Positions 1-8,228 of a DNA stretch of 37,321 bases are shown here, in pieces. The stretch is from Patescibacteria group bacterium (GTDB lineage Bacteria; Patescibacteriota; Minisyncoccia; UBA6257; 02-FULL-45-10c). Every line of letters starts with the position of its first letter. Positions within the stretch are counted from its first letter, which is position 1. Where the stretch lies: NCBI GenBank assembly GCA_028865335.1, contig JAGWKK010000003.1, forward strand, positions 1 through 37,321, written 5' to 3'. The notes below the pieces were generated by a model. That model was given only the letters and a program-made list of their open reading frames with translations. It was not told the DNA's origin and searched no databases. The position numbers and the translations under genes are program-made.

Positions 1-84
1 ATATGAACCTACTCTGATCCGAAAATGTATTATAGAGTTTCATATGCATACTCATGGTCAATCATTCACAGTTATCTCACGGGG

Positions 85-142
85 TTAAGGTTTGCTTCCT
101 GCCCTTCACTCGCTTCGCTCGGAAATGCAGAGCAAGCCCTTA
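85..142. repeat. REP-like fold-back element overlapping the ftsA-like stop codon
   Basis: TAAGGTTTGCTTCCTGC...GCAGAGCAAGCCCTTA is an imperfect inverted repeat around a CTCGCTTCGCTC core. TTA occurs at 85-87 and 140-142; the second is the stop codon. Confidence 0.5.
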
Positions 143-1345
143 GGTCACCAGCCAGCGCACCCGGCGGTTTGCCAGATGGCTCAGCGTATCTTCCTGCGGC
201 AGCAGCGCCAGCTCCAAAAGAGAGCTCACGCAGATGAGCGGATTATCCATTTCGCCCGCTTTCATATAGTGTATCCCATATCCGAGCTTTTCGGTAATAA
301 ATTGTGTGGATAACGAGAGCAGTTTCACCGGCTTCCGGAACCGGTTCTGGAAACGGGATGAGAACAGGACCGGCGGCATCTCGGCGATGGTGTTCACATA
401 CACCTCCGACGGATCGTCCCCCACCATGGATTCGATGCCGTTCGCGAATGAGGTCAGTTCGGTCACCAGCATCGGCTCGAATTTCCGGGAGAAGCCTCCG
501 GACATGTTTTCGGTCGCATATAAGCGGATCAGCGCGCGGCTGGTGTCGGGATCCAGATGGAAATACCGGCTCACCGATGACGGCAGATGGTCGCCGCCCC
601 AGTCGAACCAATCCTGATGGCCGAAGCGCTGGCGCAGCGACGCGAACACCGCCGTATGTTTCGGAAACAGATTCGCGACATAGAAATCGCCGTCGCCCCG
701 CACATGCGAAAGGATATGCGCGAGCGCAGTCCCCGCCTCCATCATCAGCACGATATTCTCCTTCGGCAGCAGTTCGCGGATGTCGCGCATGAACTCGCGC
801 GGCACGAAGGTCTGGCTGAAGAAGATTTCCACCGACTTCGCCTTGAAGCCGATCGGATTCACGACGCGATGTCCGTCAATCCTGATGTCGCGGATACGCA
901 CATCGGTCAGCAGCACGTCCACTTCGTCGATATTCATCTTCTGGGACACCTTGAAGCGGTGTTTGTCGAAGAACCGCCAGATCGCCTGCGAAATCAGGTT
1001 GTCCAGGTCGGCTTCGTCGATCACCTCTTTCGCGTTCTGCCGCACCAGGGAGACCGACGCGTACATCGTCGTCGCCAGGCGCGAATCCAAAGCCAGGACG
1101 ATCTTGTGCGTCTTCGCGTTCGGGATCCTTCGTAAGATTTTCTTGACTTCTTTGAGTGCCGCGAGCGGCGTATCATCGGCGGCAGTCGCCTGCCAGGTGC
1201 GCGCTACGGTGATTTGTTTATGAGAAAAGTCGGTTCTAAGAACAGTGACCCTGATATCGCGGCCCAGGATTTCAACCACGATATACTTATCACCTTTCAA
1301 AAGCAATTGTGAAAATATGTGTATGACGTTTGTGTGTAATTTCAC
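140..1345 (-). CDS. Divergent FtsA-like actin-fold protein
   Basis: 401 aa. Segment IDEADLDNLISQA...IRIDGHRVVNPIGFKA resembles FtsA subdomain 1C of CPR homologues; FDWGGDHL resembles the second actin lobe. The canonical DIG phosphate motifs are degenerate. TGnTATAAT lies 8 nt before the GTG. Confidence 0.6.
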   Translation of the reverse strand: MKLHTNVIHIFSQLLLKGDKYIVVEILGRDIRVTVLRTDFSHKQITVARTWQATAADDTPLAALKEVKKILRRIPNAKTHKIVLALDSRLATTMYASVSLVRQNAKEVIDEADLDNLISQAIWRFFDKHRFKVSQKMNIDEVDVLLTDVRIRDIRIDGHRVVNPIGFKAKSVEIFFSQTFVPREFMRDIRELLPKENIVLMMEAGTALAHILSHVRGDGDFYVANLFPKHTAVFASLRQRFGHQDWFDWGGDHLPSSVSRYFHLDPDTSRALIRLYATENMSGGFSRKFEPMLVTELTSFANGIESMVGDDPSEVYVNTIAEMPPVLFSSRFQNRFRKPVKLLSLSTQFITEKLGYGIHYMKAGEMDNPLICVSSLLELALLPQEDTLSHLANRRVRWLVT

Positions 1346-1397
1346 GTATCATTATTATACCATCTTTCGGGCGGCGGGAATAGGCATCAAATGTAGC

Positions 1398-1418
1398 AAA
1401 AACCCCGCTTAGCGGGGC
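1398..1418 (-). terminator. Intrinsic terminator whose loop is the stop codon
   Basis: Minus strand CCCCGC-TAA-GCGGGG-TTTTT. Confidence 0.75.
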
Positions 1419-2014
1419 ATTAAGAGTCGGATCTTTTCGGCAAACAGGGCGCGTGAAGCTTCGTCAAAAAGTCTTCCGCCGGAACCCTTAAAATACATAA
1501 CCGTTCCGGGAACTTCGGAGTGTCCGATTCCGAAGAGATGCGCCTGTTCATGAACGCACGCAAGAGCGATCTGCCAGAGATGTGCGCGCCGAAGCGCGTC
1601 GGTATAAGTGACATCCGGCTCCGGCGCAGTACCGACAACCATCACTCCGCTTCCCAAGCCGGCTTTGAAATCAGAGTCTCCCGTTCCGCCATCCCCCCTG
1701 CTCAACAGGCCGGAAACAAATAAGCACGCGCTCCCGGGAATATCCGGCTGCTTCTCGCGGGCCTCGCGGAGCAGACGATTTCTTACGATGGACGGAATCG
1801 GACTGGCCGAAACCGAATGATGCCATTGCATGATCGGAACCAATCCCGTGTAATACCCGAACGGAAGCTGATTATATTCCTGAAAAATGCGATTGGCACA
1901 ATCCAGGATATGAGTCGGGAAAATACCGAACCGCGCAAGATCAGTGCGCGCCGAATCATCGAGATAGATCACTACGCGCTTCTGCCATATATAAGAAGGA
2001 AGGTCCATCACCAT
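1409..2014 (-). CDS. Metzincin-type zinc metallopeptidase (matrixin/archaemetzincin-like)
   Basis: HEQAHLFGIGH (HExxHxxGxxH) followed by a VMY Met-turn. Start placed at ATG 2014 or 2008 behind GAGAGG rather than at the ORF-track start 2080. Confidence 0.7.
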   Translation of the reverse strand: MVMDLPSYIWQKRVVIYLDDSARTDLARFGIFPTHILDCANRIFQEYNQLPFGYYTGLVPIMQWHHSVSASPIPSIVRNRLLREAREKQPDIPGSACLFVSGLLSRGDGGTGDSDFKAGLGSGVMVVGTAPEPDVTYTDALRRAHLWQIALACVHEQAHLFGIGHSEVPGTVMYFKGSGGRLFDEASRALFAEKIRLLMPR

Positions 2015-2089
2015 CCTCTCTTTCAGAGACCTGCTCAGAGCATACGCAATCAGGAGTCCGAAATCAAGAAAAAGCCCCACACCTACCAG

Positions 2090-2755
2090 TTATGTGCGGG
2101 GCGTAAAAACGTCCAGCTTCTCCTGAAGAATCGTCAGAGATCTTTTGTCGAAATAAGAATTGGCAACCCCCTTCCACCGATACATGAGAGTTCGTGAATC
2201 ATCCTCAATGTGCTCGGTGACTCCGTAGAGATGCGCCTGCTCATGCGCGACAACCCGGGCCATCGCGCGCAACTGCCGAAGTCGAAATGGAGACAGGTCA
2301 TCCGGGATTCCCCAGTCCGCAATCTTTTGCCGAAAACTCTTCCGAGGGCCGGCGACACCGATCAGCATCGGACCGGTTCCGAATCCCGGAATCACGAACT
2401 GATTGGGCACTACGCCGCATCCGAGTTCGACCCGACCCGTAAAAAAGACGGCAATGTCGGGTTGCGCCGACTCCTCTGAGAATTCCTGTTTTATGACCGA
2501 AGCACACCGGTCCAGGAATTCGTCATAACTCTCCAACTCCGGAATATCATAAGCGAAGGAAAGATTGTGAAGCCACAACGATATCGAACACGATTCCAGA
2601 TCATACGGCAGATGCAAATCATTCATGCGGAAAATCCGTACTGCCTCGGCAAGAACCTCGGTCGGCCGGATGCGATAGTACGTCAGCATGTTCATCGCCG
2701 ACAAATCGCAATAGATCCCGATCCGTTTCGTCTTGGCCGTCAGCGCCTTATGCAC
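2090..2755 (-). CDS. Metzincin-type zinc metallopeptidase, paralogue of the neighbouring gene
   Basis: HEQAHLYGVTEH plus LMY Met-turn; shares GxGxG and FD motifs with 1409..2014; GAGGTG upstream. Confidence 0.7.
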   Translation of the reverse strand: MHKALTAKTKRIGIYCDLSAMNMLTYYRIRPTEVLAEAVRIFRMNDLHLPYDLESCSISLWLHNLSFAYDIPELESYDEFLDRCASVIKQEFSEESAQPDIAVFFTGRVELGCGVVPNQFVIPGFGTGPMLIGVAGPRKSFRQKIADWGIPDDLSPFRLRQLRAMARVVAHEQAHLYGVTEHIEDDSRTLMYRWKGVANSYFDKRSLTILQEKLDVFTPRT

Positions 2756-2814
2756 GCAACACCTCGGTTAACGATCTATTCAGAGAGTACAGCTTCCGCA
2801 CCGCAAAATCAAAT

Positions 2815-2840
2815 AAAAAAACGGCTCCTTACGGAGCCGC
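2815..2840 (-). terminator. Repeated terminator, copy 1 (contains the stop codon)
   Basis: AAAAAAACGGCTCCTTACGGAGCCGC; identical core at 5097-5122 and 5698-5721. Confidence 0.85.
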
Positions 2841-3611
2841 GTCCAGCCAGTGCCGGGAATAGTCACTGTCCAGGGATTTCACGAATTTCTGTTCATACTT
2901 CGAGCCCATCGCCCGGAACTCGTCGAGCATCTTTCGCGCGGTACCTTTCAAAAGATCGGGCGGCACTTGGGCAAAATGAGCTAAGAACGCCGTGTGGATG
3001 TCCCAACCATCCACGACCTCCCTCCGCCAGATTCGCTCCAGCAAACCGACTACGCATTCCTTATCTTCGTTCCGGCGCAGATACATCTCAAGCAGTAAGC
3101 GAAAAGCGTACGGAGCCGTCTCCGGGATATCAAGAAGCTGGAAGCAGACCCAGGATTCACCTGAGGCGCGAAGATACGGCATCGCCGCGCGCATCGCCGA
3201 ACTGCGTAGGCACTTGAGACGGAAAGTCGCCAAGGTGATCCCGAGAAAGATCGATGCGGCTTGGCTGAATTCGGGTATCCCGCCGCACACATCAACCACA
3301 TGGGATGCCTGGAATGCGACATAGCGCGAATCAGGACGCCCCCAGTAATTGCGCACGGGAACCTTCACCAGCGGCTTCCGCAGCAGAAGCGCATACACGC
3401 GCAGGCAGGCCTCGATAGCCGCGGGACGCAATGCGGGATATCCCTTCTTGGTGATGATCTCTATGACCACCTCAGGAGGTGCTTCACCCGCACGCCCATC
3501 GGAGGTCACCTGCGGAAGCGTATCCTTCCAGAGAATGCGTTTCTTGAAAAAAGAAACCTGTTCCTTGAACGTTTTTTGGGAAAGTTCCTCAAAGAATTTC
3601 TTATTCATCAC
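2829..3611 (-). CDS. Hypothetical protein, probably helical
   Basis: 260 aa ORF with GGGAG upstream and its own terminator; no motif recognised. Confidence 0.65.
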   Translation of the reverse strand: MMNKKFFEELSQKTFKEQVSFFKKRILWKDTLPQVTSDGRAGEAPPEVVIEIITKKGYPALRPAAIEACLRVYALLLRKPLVKVPVRNYWGRPDSRYVAFQASHVVDVCGGIPEFSQAASIFLGITLATFRLKCLRSSAMRAAMPYLRASGESWVCFQLLDIPETAPYAFRLLLEMYLRRNEDKECVVGLLERIWRREVVDGWDIHTAFLAHFAQVPPDLLKGTARKMLDEFRAMGSKYEQKFVKSLDSDYSRHWLDAAP

Positions 3612-3710
3612 GCCACTCTCCCGGATTTAAGAGGATCTATCCCAAAAGATACTCCGCCGGAAAACAAAAATCAAACCGCGCCGTTCCGAAGCGTTCCGGA
3701 AATGAGAATA

Positions 3711-3738
3711 AAAAAGACGGCTCAACGCTGAGCCGTCT
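3711..3738 (-). terminator. Intrinsic terminator overlapping the stop codon
   Basis: Minus strand AGACGGCTCA-GCGT-TGAGCCGTCT-TTTT. Confidence 0.8.
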
Positions 3739-4231
3739 CTGTCTGCAGTTCCTGCACCTTATTCACCAGATCGTCCACCAGAAGCTTGGCCGCATGCTTC
3801 GCCATCCAGGCCTTGCTGTGCCACCGCGACTCGGTGACCGTCTGGCTGAGAGGCACGATCCTGATCTTGTACCGATCCGGAATGTGCACCGCCAGCGCGG
3901 ACTCGAGCTTCGCGGGACTCCCGTCCGCCGACCGGATGTACGCCATCTTCATGGTGAAGAAGTACAGCATCCGCCGACGGGAGAGCTCGTTCCAGGTCGC
4001 CGCGACCAGGCTGTCCGCCAGCATCTTCTGGTCAGGCGAGAGCCGCTTGATCGCGGACGCCTTCTTCGCGGAGTACCGGGCGATCTTGGACTGAGGAGCG
4101 TCGAGCCGGGCATAGACGTCCACGTAGCTCGACACCGCCCCGACGCCGTCCGCGCCGCAGGTGGCGCTGAATGCCGGCTTGCAGCTGAACAGCATGCATC
4201 CGGCCACGGCCGCGAGAGTGAGTCGCTTCAT
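3722..4231 (-). CDS. Secreted hypothetical protein, paralogue of 5710..6255
   Basis: Start MKRLTLAAVAGCMLFSCKPAFSA (signal peptide-like) after GGAGG at 4236-4240; shares YVDxYA, KMxAxSLxxAT and MKMxY with 5710..6255. Confidence 0.75.
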   Translation of the reverse strand: MKRLTLAAVAGCMLFSCKPAFSATCGADGVGAVSSYVDVYARLDAPQSKIARYSAKKASAIKRLSPDQKMLADSLVAATWNELSRRRMLYFFTMKMAYIRSADGSPAKLESALAVHIPDRYKIRIVPLSQTVTESRWHSKAWMAKHAAKLLVDDLVNKVQELQTETAQR

Positions 4232-4274
4232 GCTTCCTCCTTGGGAATTTAGTTCTGGCACGTACTGAGAACAA

Positions 4275-4303
4275 ATGATACTCCTATTTTTGCAAAAAGT
4301 CAA
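4275..4303 (-). promoter_or_regulatory. Sigma70-type promoter
   Basis: TTGACT-N17-TATCAT on the minus strand. Confidence 0.7.
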
Positions 4304-4368
4304 CCCCGCACCTTTCGAGGAGTGTGGGGCTGCAGAAGGTGCTACTCCTCGAAAGGTGCGGGGTCAAC
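4299..4368. mobile_element. GTCAAC-flanked hairpin element (MITE/REP-like)
   Basis: Perfect 20-bp inverted repeat CCCCGCACCTTTCGAGGAGT (4304-4323 / 4344-4363) with GTCAAC at 4299-4304 and 4363-4368; relatives at 29016-29221. Confidence 0.65.
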
Positions 4369-4377
4369 CCGGTAAAA

Positions 4378-4406
4378 TTGACATCTCCAACATTACCTGA
4401 TACTAT
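4378..4406 (+). promoter_or_regulatory. Sigma70-type promoter
   Basis: TTGACA-N17-TACTAT with TG upstream of the -10. Confidence 0.7.
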
Positions 4407-4444
4407 ATTTCTGGATCGTTAAATACTCAAAAAACGGAGGAAGT

Positions 4445-5029
4445 ATGCAGATCAGGAAAAACTCCTGGCACTACAAGGTCTGGGCTTGGTCCCACCTTGC
4501 AGCATCGGACTGTAAGCATCAGGACGGGGAAACGTCGCTCTGCCGGTATTTCTGGAGAGTAGTGCTCGCTCTGTTCTGGCTTCCGATCACAGCGCTGTAT
4601 CTCTTTGCGGGCAAGATGATCTGGATTTCCATGAACTATCTTTCCCTCTTTGCCATCCCTGAAAGTAATTACTATTGGCACCCTCTTGTACTCGATAGCT
4701 GCTGCGATATGGATTCTTATGGCAAACTTACGTTCTTCTTCAGCACTGGGGGAAATATTGTCTGGGCATCCCTTATCCTGATATCGATCAAGGTGATAGA
4801 GATCATTCGCGTAAACGGCGCACATTGGCTCATCCTCACTTCCTGCTACTGGCTTTCCATGGCAATCGCAGTCATTGCAGGACTCGCCACAGTAATAATG
4901 ATGCCCATGATAGCCAGGCGAGCTTATAAGAAACGGGAGAAGAAAACGGATGACGAACCCTCGCTGATTGCCGCTTATCTCAAGGCGGCGAAAGACAACG
5001 TCTGTCCGGTCATCAACTTTACGGACTGA
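4445..5029 (+). CDS. Hypothetical membrane protein
   Basis: 194 aa with several hydrophobic segments, N-terminal SWHY...SLCRYFW and C-terminal YLKAAKDNVCP; GGAGG SD; terminator at 5036-5070. Confidence 0.75.
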   Translation: MQIRKNSWHYKVWAWSHLAASDCKHQDGETSLCRYFWRVVLALFWLPITALYLFAGKMIWISMNYLSLFAIPESNYYWHPLVLDSCCDMDSYGKLTFFFSTGGNIVWASLILISIKVIEIIRVNGAHWLILTSCYWLSMAIAVIAGLATVIMMPMIARRAYKKREKKTDDEPSLIAAYLKAAKDNVCPVINFTD

Positions 5030-5035
5030 TCCAAC

Positions 5036-5070
5036 AGCCCCGCGAACACAGAGATGTTCCGGGGCTTTTT
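5036..5070 (+). terminator. Intrinsic terminator
   Basis: AGCCCCG...GAACA/TGTTC...CGGGGCT followed by TTTT. Confidence 0.75.
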
Positions 5071-5096
5071 ATATATCTCAACAGAAGTTTTGAAAC

Positions 5097-5122
5097 AAAA
5101 AAACGGCTCCTTACGGAGCCGC
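5097..5122 (-). terminator. Repeated terminator, copy 2
   Basis: 26/26 identical to 2815-2840. Confidence 0.85.
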
Positions 5123-5127
5123 GGCTA

Positions 5128-5628
5128 TCAATTGACGAAATGATCGCTGGGCTGTTCTTGAACCAGCTCATACAGAGCCGGGTGGGCGTAGATCACCTTC
5201 TTTTTTGCAAAGCCGAGCGTCAGAATCTTCCGCAGAAGACTCGGTTTCTTGTACACCATCAGAATGCTTTGCTTGTCCATGGTGTAGGAAGCGGTATATG
5301 AAACGCCCGAAGTCTTCTCGATCAGCAGCTGCGAGGTCACATCGCTCAGTACGCCCTTCATGCAGAACGGGGTATCCAATCTATACTGATACCTCCTCGG
5401 CGGGTGCATCAACCTGACGCTGTTCAGATCACGGTCGATCCGTGCGACATTCAGGAAATACTCCCGCATCGGCATCGCGGGAATCCAATGCGAGTAACAG
5501 ACAGTCACCTTCTGGTTCTTCGCTTCGCGCAATTTGAGCCAACAGGCAGGAGATCCGCTGATACACTCGGCGGAAGAAGTTGCAGAGCAGATAGCCAGCG
5601 CCACCAGCAAAAGCACGATCTTCTTCAT
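5128..5628 (-). CDS. Secreted hypothetical protein
   Basis: MKKIVLLLVALAICSATSSA signal peptide; GGAGG 7 nt before ATG 5628; TTGACA box at 5690-5695. Confidence 0.75.
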   Translation of the reverse strand: MKKIVLLLVALAICSATSSAECISGSPACWLKLREAKNQKVTVCYSHWIPAMPMREYFLNVARIDRDLNSVRLMHPPRRYQYRLDTPFCMKGVLSDVTSQLLIEKTSGVSYTASYTMDKQSILMVYKKPSLLRKILTLGFAKKKVIYAHPALYELVQEQPSDHFVN

Positions 5629-5697
5629 TTCCATTCCTCCATTTTTGTTTTGAAACTACCGCATTTATACTATTAAAAATTCATATTCCTGTCAAAC

Positions 5698-5721
5698 AAA
5701 AACGGCTCCTTACGGAGCCGC
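5698..5721 (-). terminator. Repeated terminator, copy 3 (contains the stop codon)
   Basis: AAAAACGGCTCCTTACGGAGCCGC; abuts the TTGACA box of the next gene. Confidence 0.85.
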
Positions 5722-6255
5722 ACGCTGATCCTGCAAAACCTTTTCCAACTTCTTCGCCAGTCGCTCGGACAACTCCGATGCCATCGCCGCGGGATTGGCA
5801 TTCCCGGATTGCCCGCTCACCATGTCCCGAATGACGAAAGTTTTCATCGTCCCGTTCCGAGCGGGAACGTTGATCATCAGAGAAACGTTCAGAAGGCTAT
5901 CCCCATGGTGTTCCTGAGGAAGGTACGACATCTTCATGCTCAGGAGGTAGGGGGCATTCTCCTTCTTGTCCGACATGTCCCAATCGGCCATCTCGTAGCC
6001 ATCCTTCATCAGCCGGGAGCAGGTAGCCCACATCAGACTGACCGCCATCATCTTCTCCGCGACGTAAGGTTCTTCCCCCGAGGGAGTGTCCCAGTCGAGG
6101 CGAAGGAGTTTGGATCCCCGAAGCTCGGGATAGTTCCATCCGAAGGCATAGATGTCGACGTAGCCGCGCAGCAGGACGGGCTTCGCCATCGGCGCCGCCG
6201 AAGCGATGCCTGATACGACCGCCGACAACGCAAACGCCGCCAGCAACTTCTTCAT
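5710..6255 (-). CDS. Secreted hypothetical protein, paralogue of 3722..4231
   Basis: MKKLLAAFALSAVVSGIASA signal peptide; shared motifs as listed for 3722..4231. Confidence 0.75.
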   Translation of the reverse strand: MKKLLAAFALSAVVSGIASAAPMAKPVLLRGYVDIYAFGWNYPELRGSKLLRLDWDTPSGEEPYVAEKMMAVSLMWATCSRLMKDGYEMADWDMSDKKENAPYLLSMKMSYLPQEHHGDSLLNVSLMINVPARNGTMKTFVIRDMVSGQSGNANPAAMASELSERLAKKLEKVLQDQRAAP

Positions 6256-6322
6256 CTCACCACCTCTCCTGTCCAGATTTGTTTCTCAAACGTCCGGTAG
6301 TATCGTACTAGATTCCGGGAAC

Positions 6323-8128
6323 TTAATCAACCGAAAATCGGATGCGGCGGGCGCCGGCACCGACCGATTCCTGCTTCCCGATCTTGAACTTCCCCACTTC
6401 CAGAGTATGCGTCACGTGCGGACCGCCGCAGAATTCCTTGCTGAACGCCGACGCGAGATCATGCCCCGCAAAATAGACCTTCACGCGGTCTCCGTACTTC
6501 GCCTTGAAGAAATAAAGTGCGCCGGTCTTCTTCGCCTCCTCGATCGGCATTTCCACATACTGCATCGGCAGATCCTGTTGCACCGCGCCGTTGACGAGAT
6601 CTTCCACTTTCTTCACTTCCTCGTCGGTCAGTTTCCGCGGGAACGAGAAATCGAACCGCGCCCGCTGGGCGGTGATATCTGAACCCATCTGATGCACGTC
6701 GTCGCCGAGCACTTTGCGGAGCGCCGCCTGCGCCAAGTGCGTCGCGGTATGCAGCCGCGTCACTTTCTTCAGCTCCTCCTCATCAGCCGCCTTCAGCTCG
6801 CCGGTGTCCAGCAGCAAACCATGACCGCCGAATTTCTTCTCGGCTCCCGCGCGGGAGATTTCCTGATGCTTTTTGAACTCAGCCTCAATATCCTCCGCAC
6901 GCACGCCTTTCACCTTTGCCGGAACCAGCTCCTGCAGCAATTCGAACGGCAAGCCGAAGGTTTCGTAGATCATGAACGCTTCCTGCGCGGAGATCGTGCC
7001 GTATTTCTCGATTTCCTTCACGCCCAGCGCCAGCGCTTTTTCAAACTTCGTCTTCTCCGCGACCCAGACATCGGAAATCTCATTCGTCTTCGTGATTTCC
7101 GGATAGGTATTGCCGAACACCTGCTGGACCGCGGTCAGCACCAGCGGGAACAGATCCGCATGGATATCCCGTATGATTCCGTACACCAGTACGCGTCGCA
7201 GCAGGCGGCGCAGGACATATCCCGCCTCCTTGTTGGACGGACGCACGCCGTCGGCGATCAGAAAGATGGACGAGCGCAAGTGGTCAGCCAATACCCGCAC
7301 CGTCTTATCGTCCAATCCCGGATGCGCGTCGCGGATCGTCGCCACTACCGGCAGGAACAGATCCGTATCAAAAACCGTATCCGCTCCCTGCAGCATCACC
7401 GCCAGCCGCTCCAACCCCATACCCGTATCAATGCCCGGTGACTCCAGTTTCTCCAATGTCTTGTCCGGCTTCGCATAATACTCATTGAATACCACGTTCC
7501 AGATTTCCACGCCGTTACCCGCCAGCGCATCCTCGGCATTCGCGGCGATATAGATCTCCGTCGTCGGTCCGCACGGCCCTTCATTGCCCGTCGGTCCCCA
7601 GAAATTATCCGCTCTACCATGCTTGAATATCCGCTCCTTCGGCAGACCGATCTCTTCATGCCAGATCCTGAACGATTCCTTGTCTTCGGGAACCCCGTGC
7701 TCGCCCGCGAAAATCGTGACATACATCCGCTCGCGGTCGATACCGAGGGTATTCACCACGAAATCATAGGCGTAGTGGATCGCTTCTTTTTTGAAATATC
7801 CGCCCCGCCCGCCATCGCTACACTCCTGCGTTGCGGGCGCGGCAAATGAAAAATTGCCGAGCATTTCAAAGAATGTCAGATGTGTCCGGTCACCCACCTC
7901 TTCAATATCCGATGTCCGGAAACACTTCTGGACTGATGTCGCATTCCGCGAACCGAAATCGCGCATCGGATCCGCCTTGCCGACGTAATACGGCTTGAAC
8001 TGCTGCATCCCGGCGGTAGTCAAAAGAACCGACGGATCGTCGGGCACGAGCGACGAAGACGGCACGACCGCATGGCCGTGCTGTTTGAAATATTCCAAAA
8101 ACTTCTTCCGGATTTCACTCGCTTTCAT
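6323..8128 (-). CDS. alaS: Alanine--tRNA ligase, short form
   Basis: AGMQQFKPY, TFFEMLGNFS, GPCGP, IDTGMGLERL, editing motifs HTATH and CGGPH; 601 aa, no C-Ala domain. Confidence 0.97.
   Translation of the reverse strand: MKASEIRKKFLEYFKQHGHAVVPSSSLVPDDPSVLLTTAGMQQFKPYYVGKADPMRDFGSRNATSVQKCFRTSDIEEVGDRTHLTFFEMLGNFSFAAPATQECSDGGRGGYFKKEAIHYAYDFVVNTLGIDRERMYVTIFAGEHGVPEDKESFRIWHEEIGLPKERIFKHGRADNFWGPTGNEGPCGPTTEIYIAANAEDALAGNGVEIWNVVFNEYYAKPDKTLEKLESPGIDTGMGLERLAVMLQGADTVFDTDLFLPVVATIRDAHPGLDDKTVRVLADHLRSSIFLIADGVRPSNKEAGYVLRRLLRRVLVYGIIRDIHADLFPLVLTAVQQVFGNTYPEITKTNEISDVWVAEKTKFEKALALGVKEIEKYGTISAQEAFMIYETFGLPFELLQELVPAKVKGVRAEDIEAEFKKHQEISRAGAEKKFGGHGLLLDTGELKAADEEELKKVTRLHTATHLAQAALRKVLGDDVHQMGSDITAQRARFDFSFPRKLTDEEVKKVEDLVNGAVQQDLPMQYVEMPIEEAKKTGALYFFKAKYGDRVKVYFAGHDLASAFSKEFCGGPHVTHTLEVGKFKIGKQESVGAGARRIRFSVD
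7802..7843. repeat. In-frame palindromic insertion in alaS
   Basis: GCCCCGCCCGC...GCGGGCGCGGC hairpin adds AAPATQECSDGGR inside the normally contiguous GNFSFG-x-YFK. Confidence 0.7.
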
Positions 8129-8190
8129 AAAAGTTGTCTTTTGATAATATCACGAAAAAATGAAACAAAAAAGCGCCTCCCGGCGCCGTA

Positions 8191-8225
8191 TTTGCTATCT
8201 GCTATTAGCTATTGGCTATATGCCA
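8191..8225. repeat. Degenerate 7-bp tandem repeat
   Basis: TTTGCTA TCTGCTA TTAGCTA TTGGCTA TATGCCA. Confidence 0.7.
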
Positions 8226-8228
8226 TTT

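Noticed and set aside
2815-5721. Integron attC sites
   Set aside because: No RYYYAAC...GTTRRRY ends, too short, no integrase; the U-tracts fit terminators.
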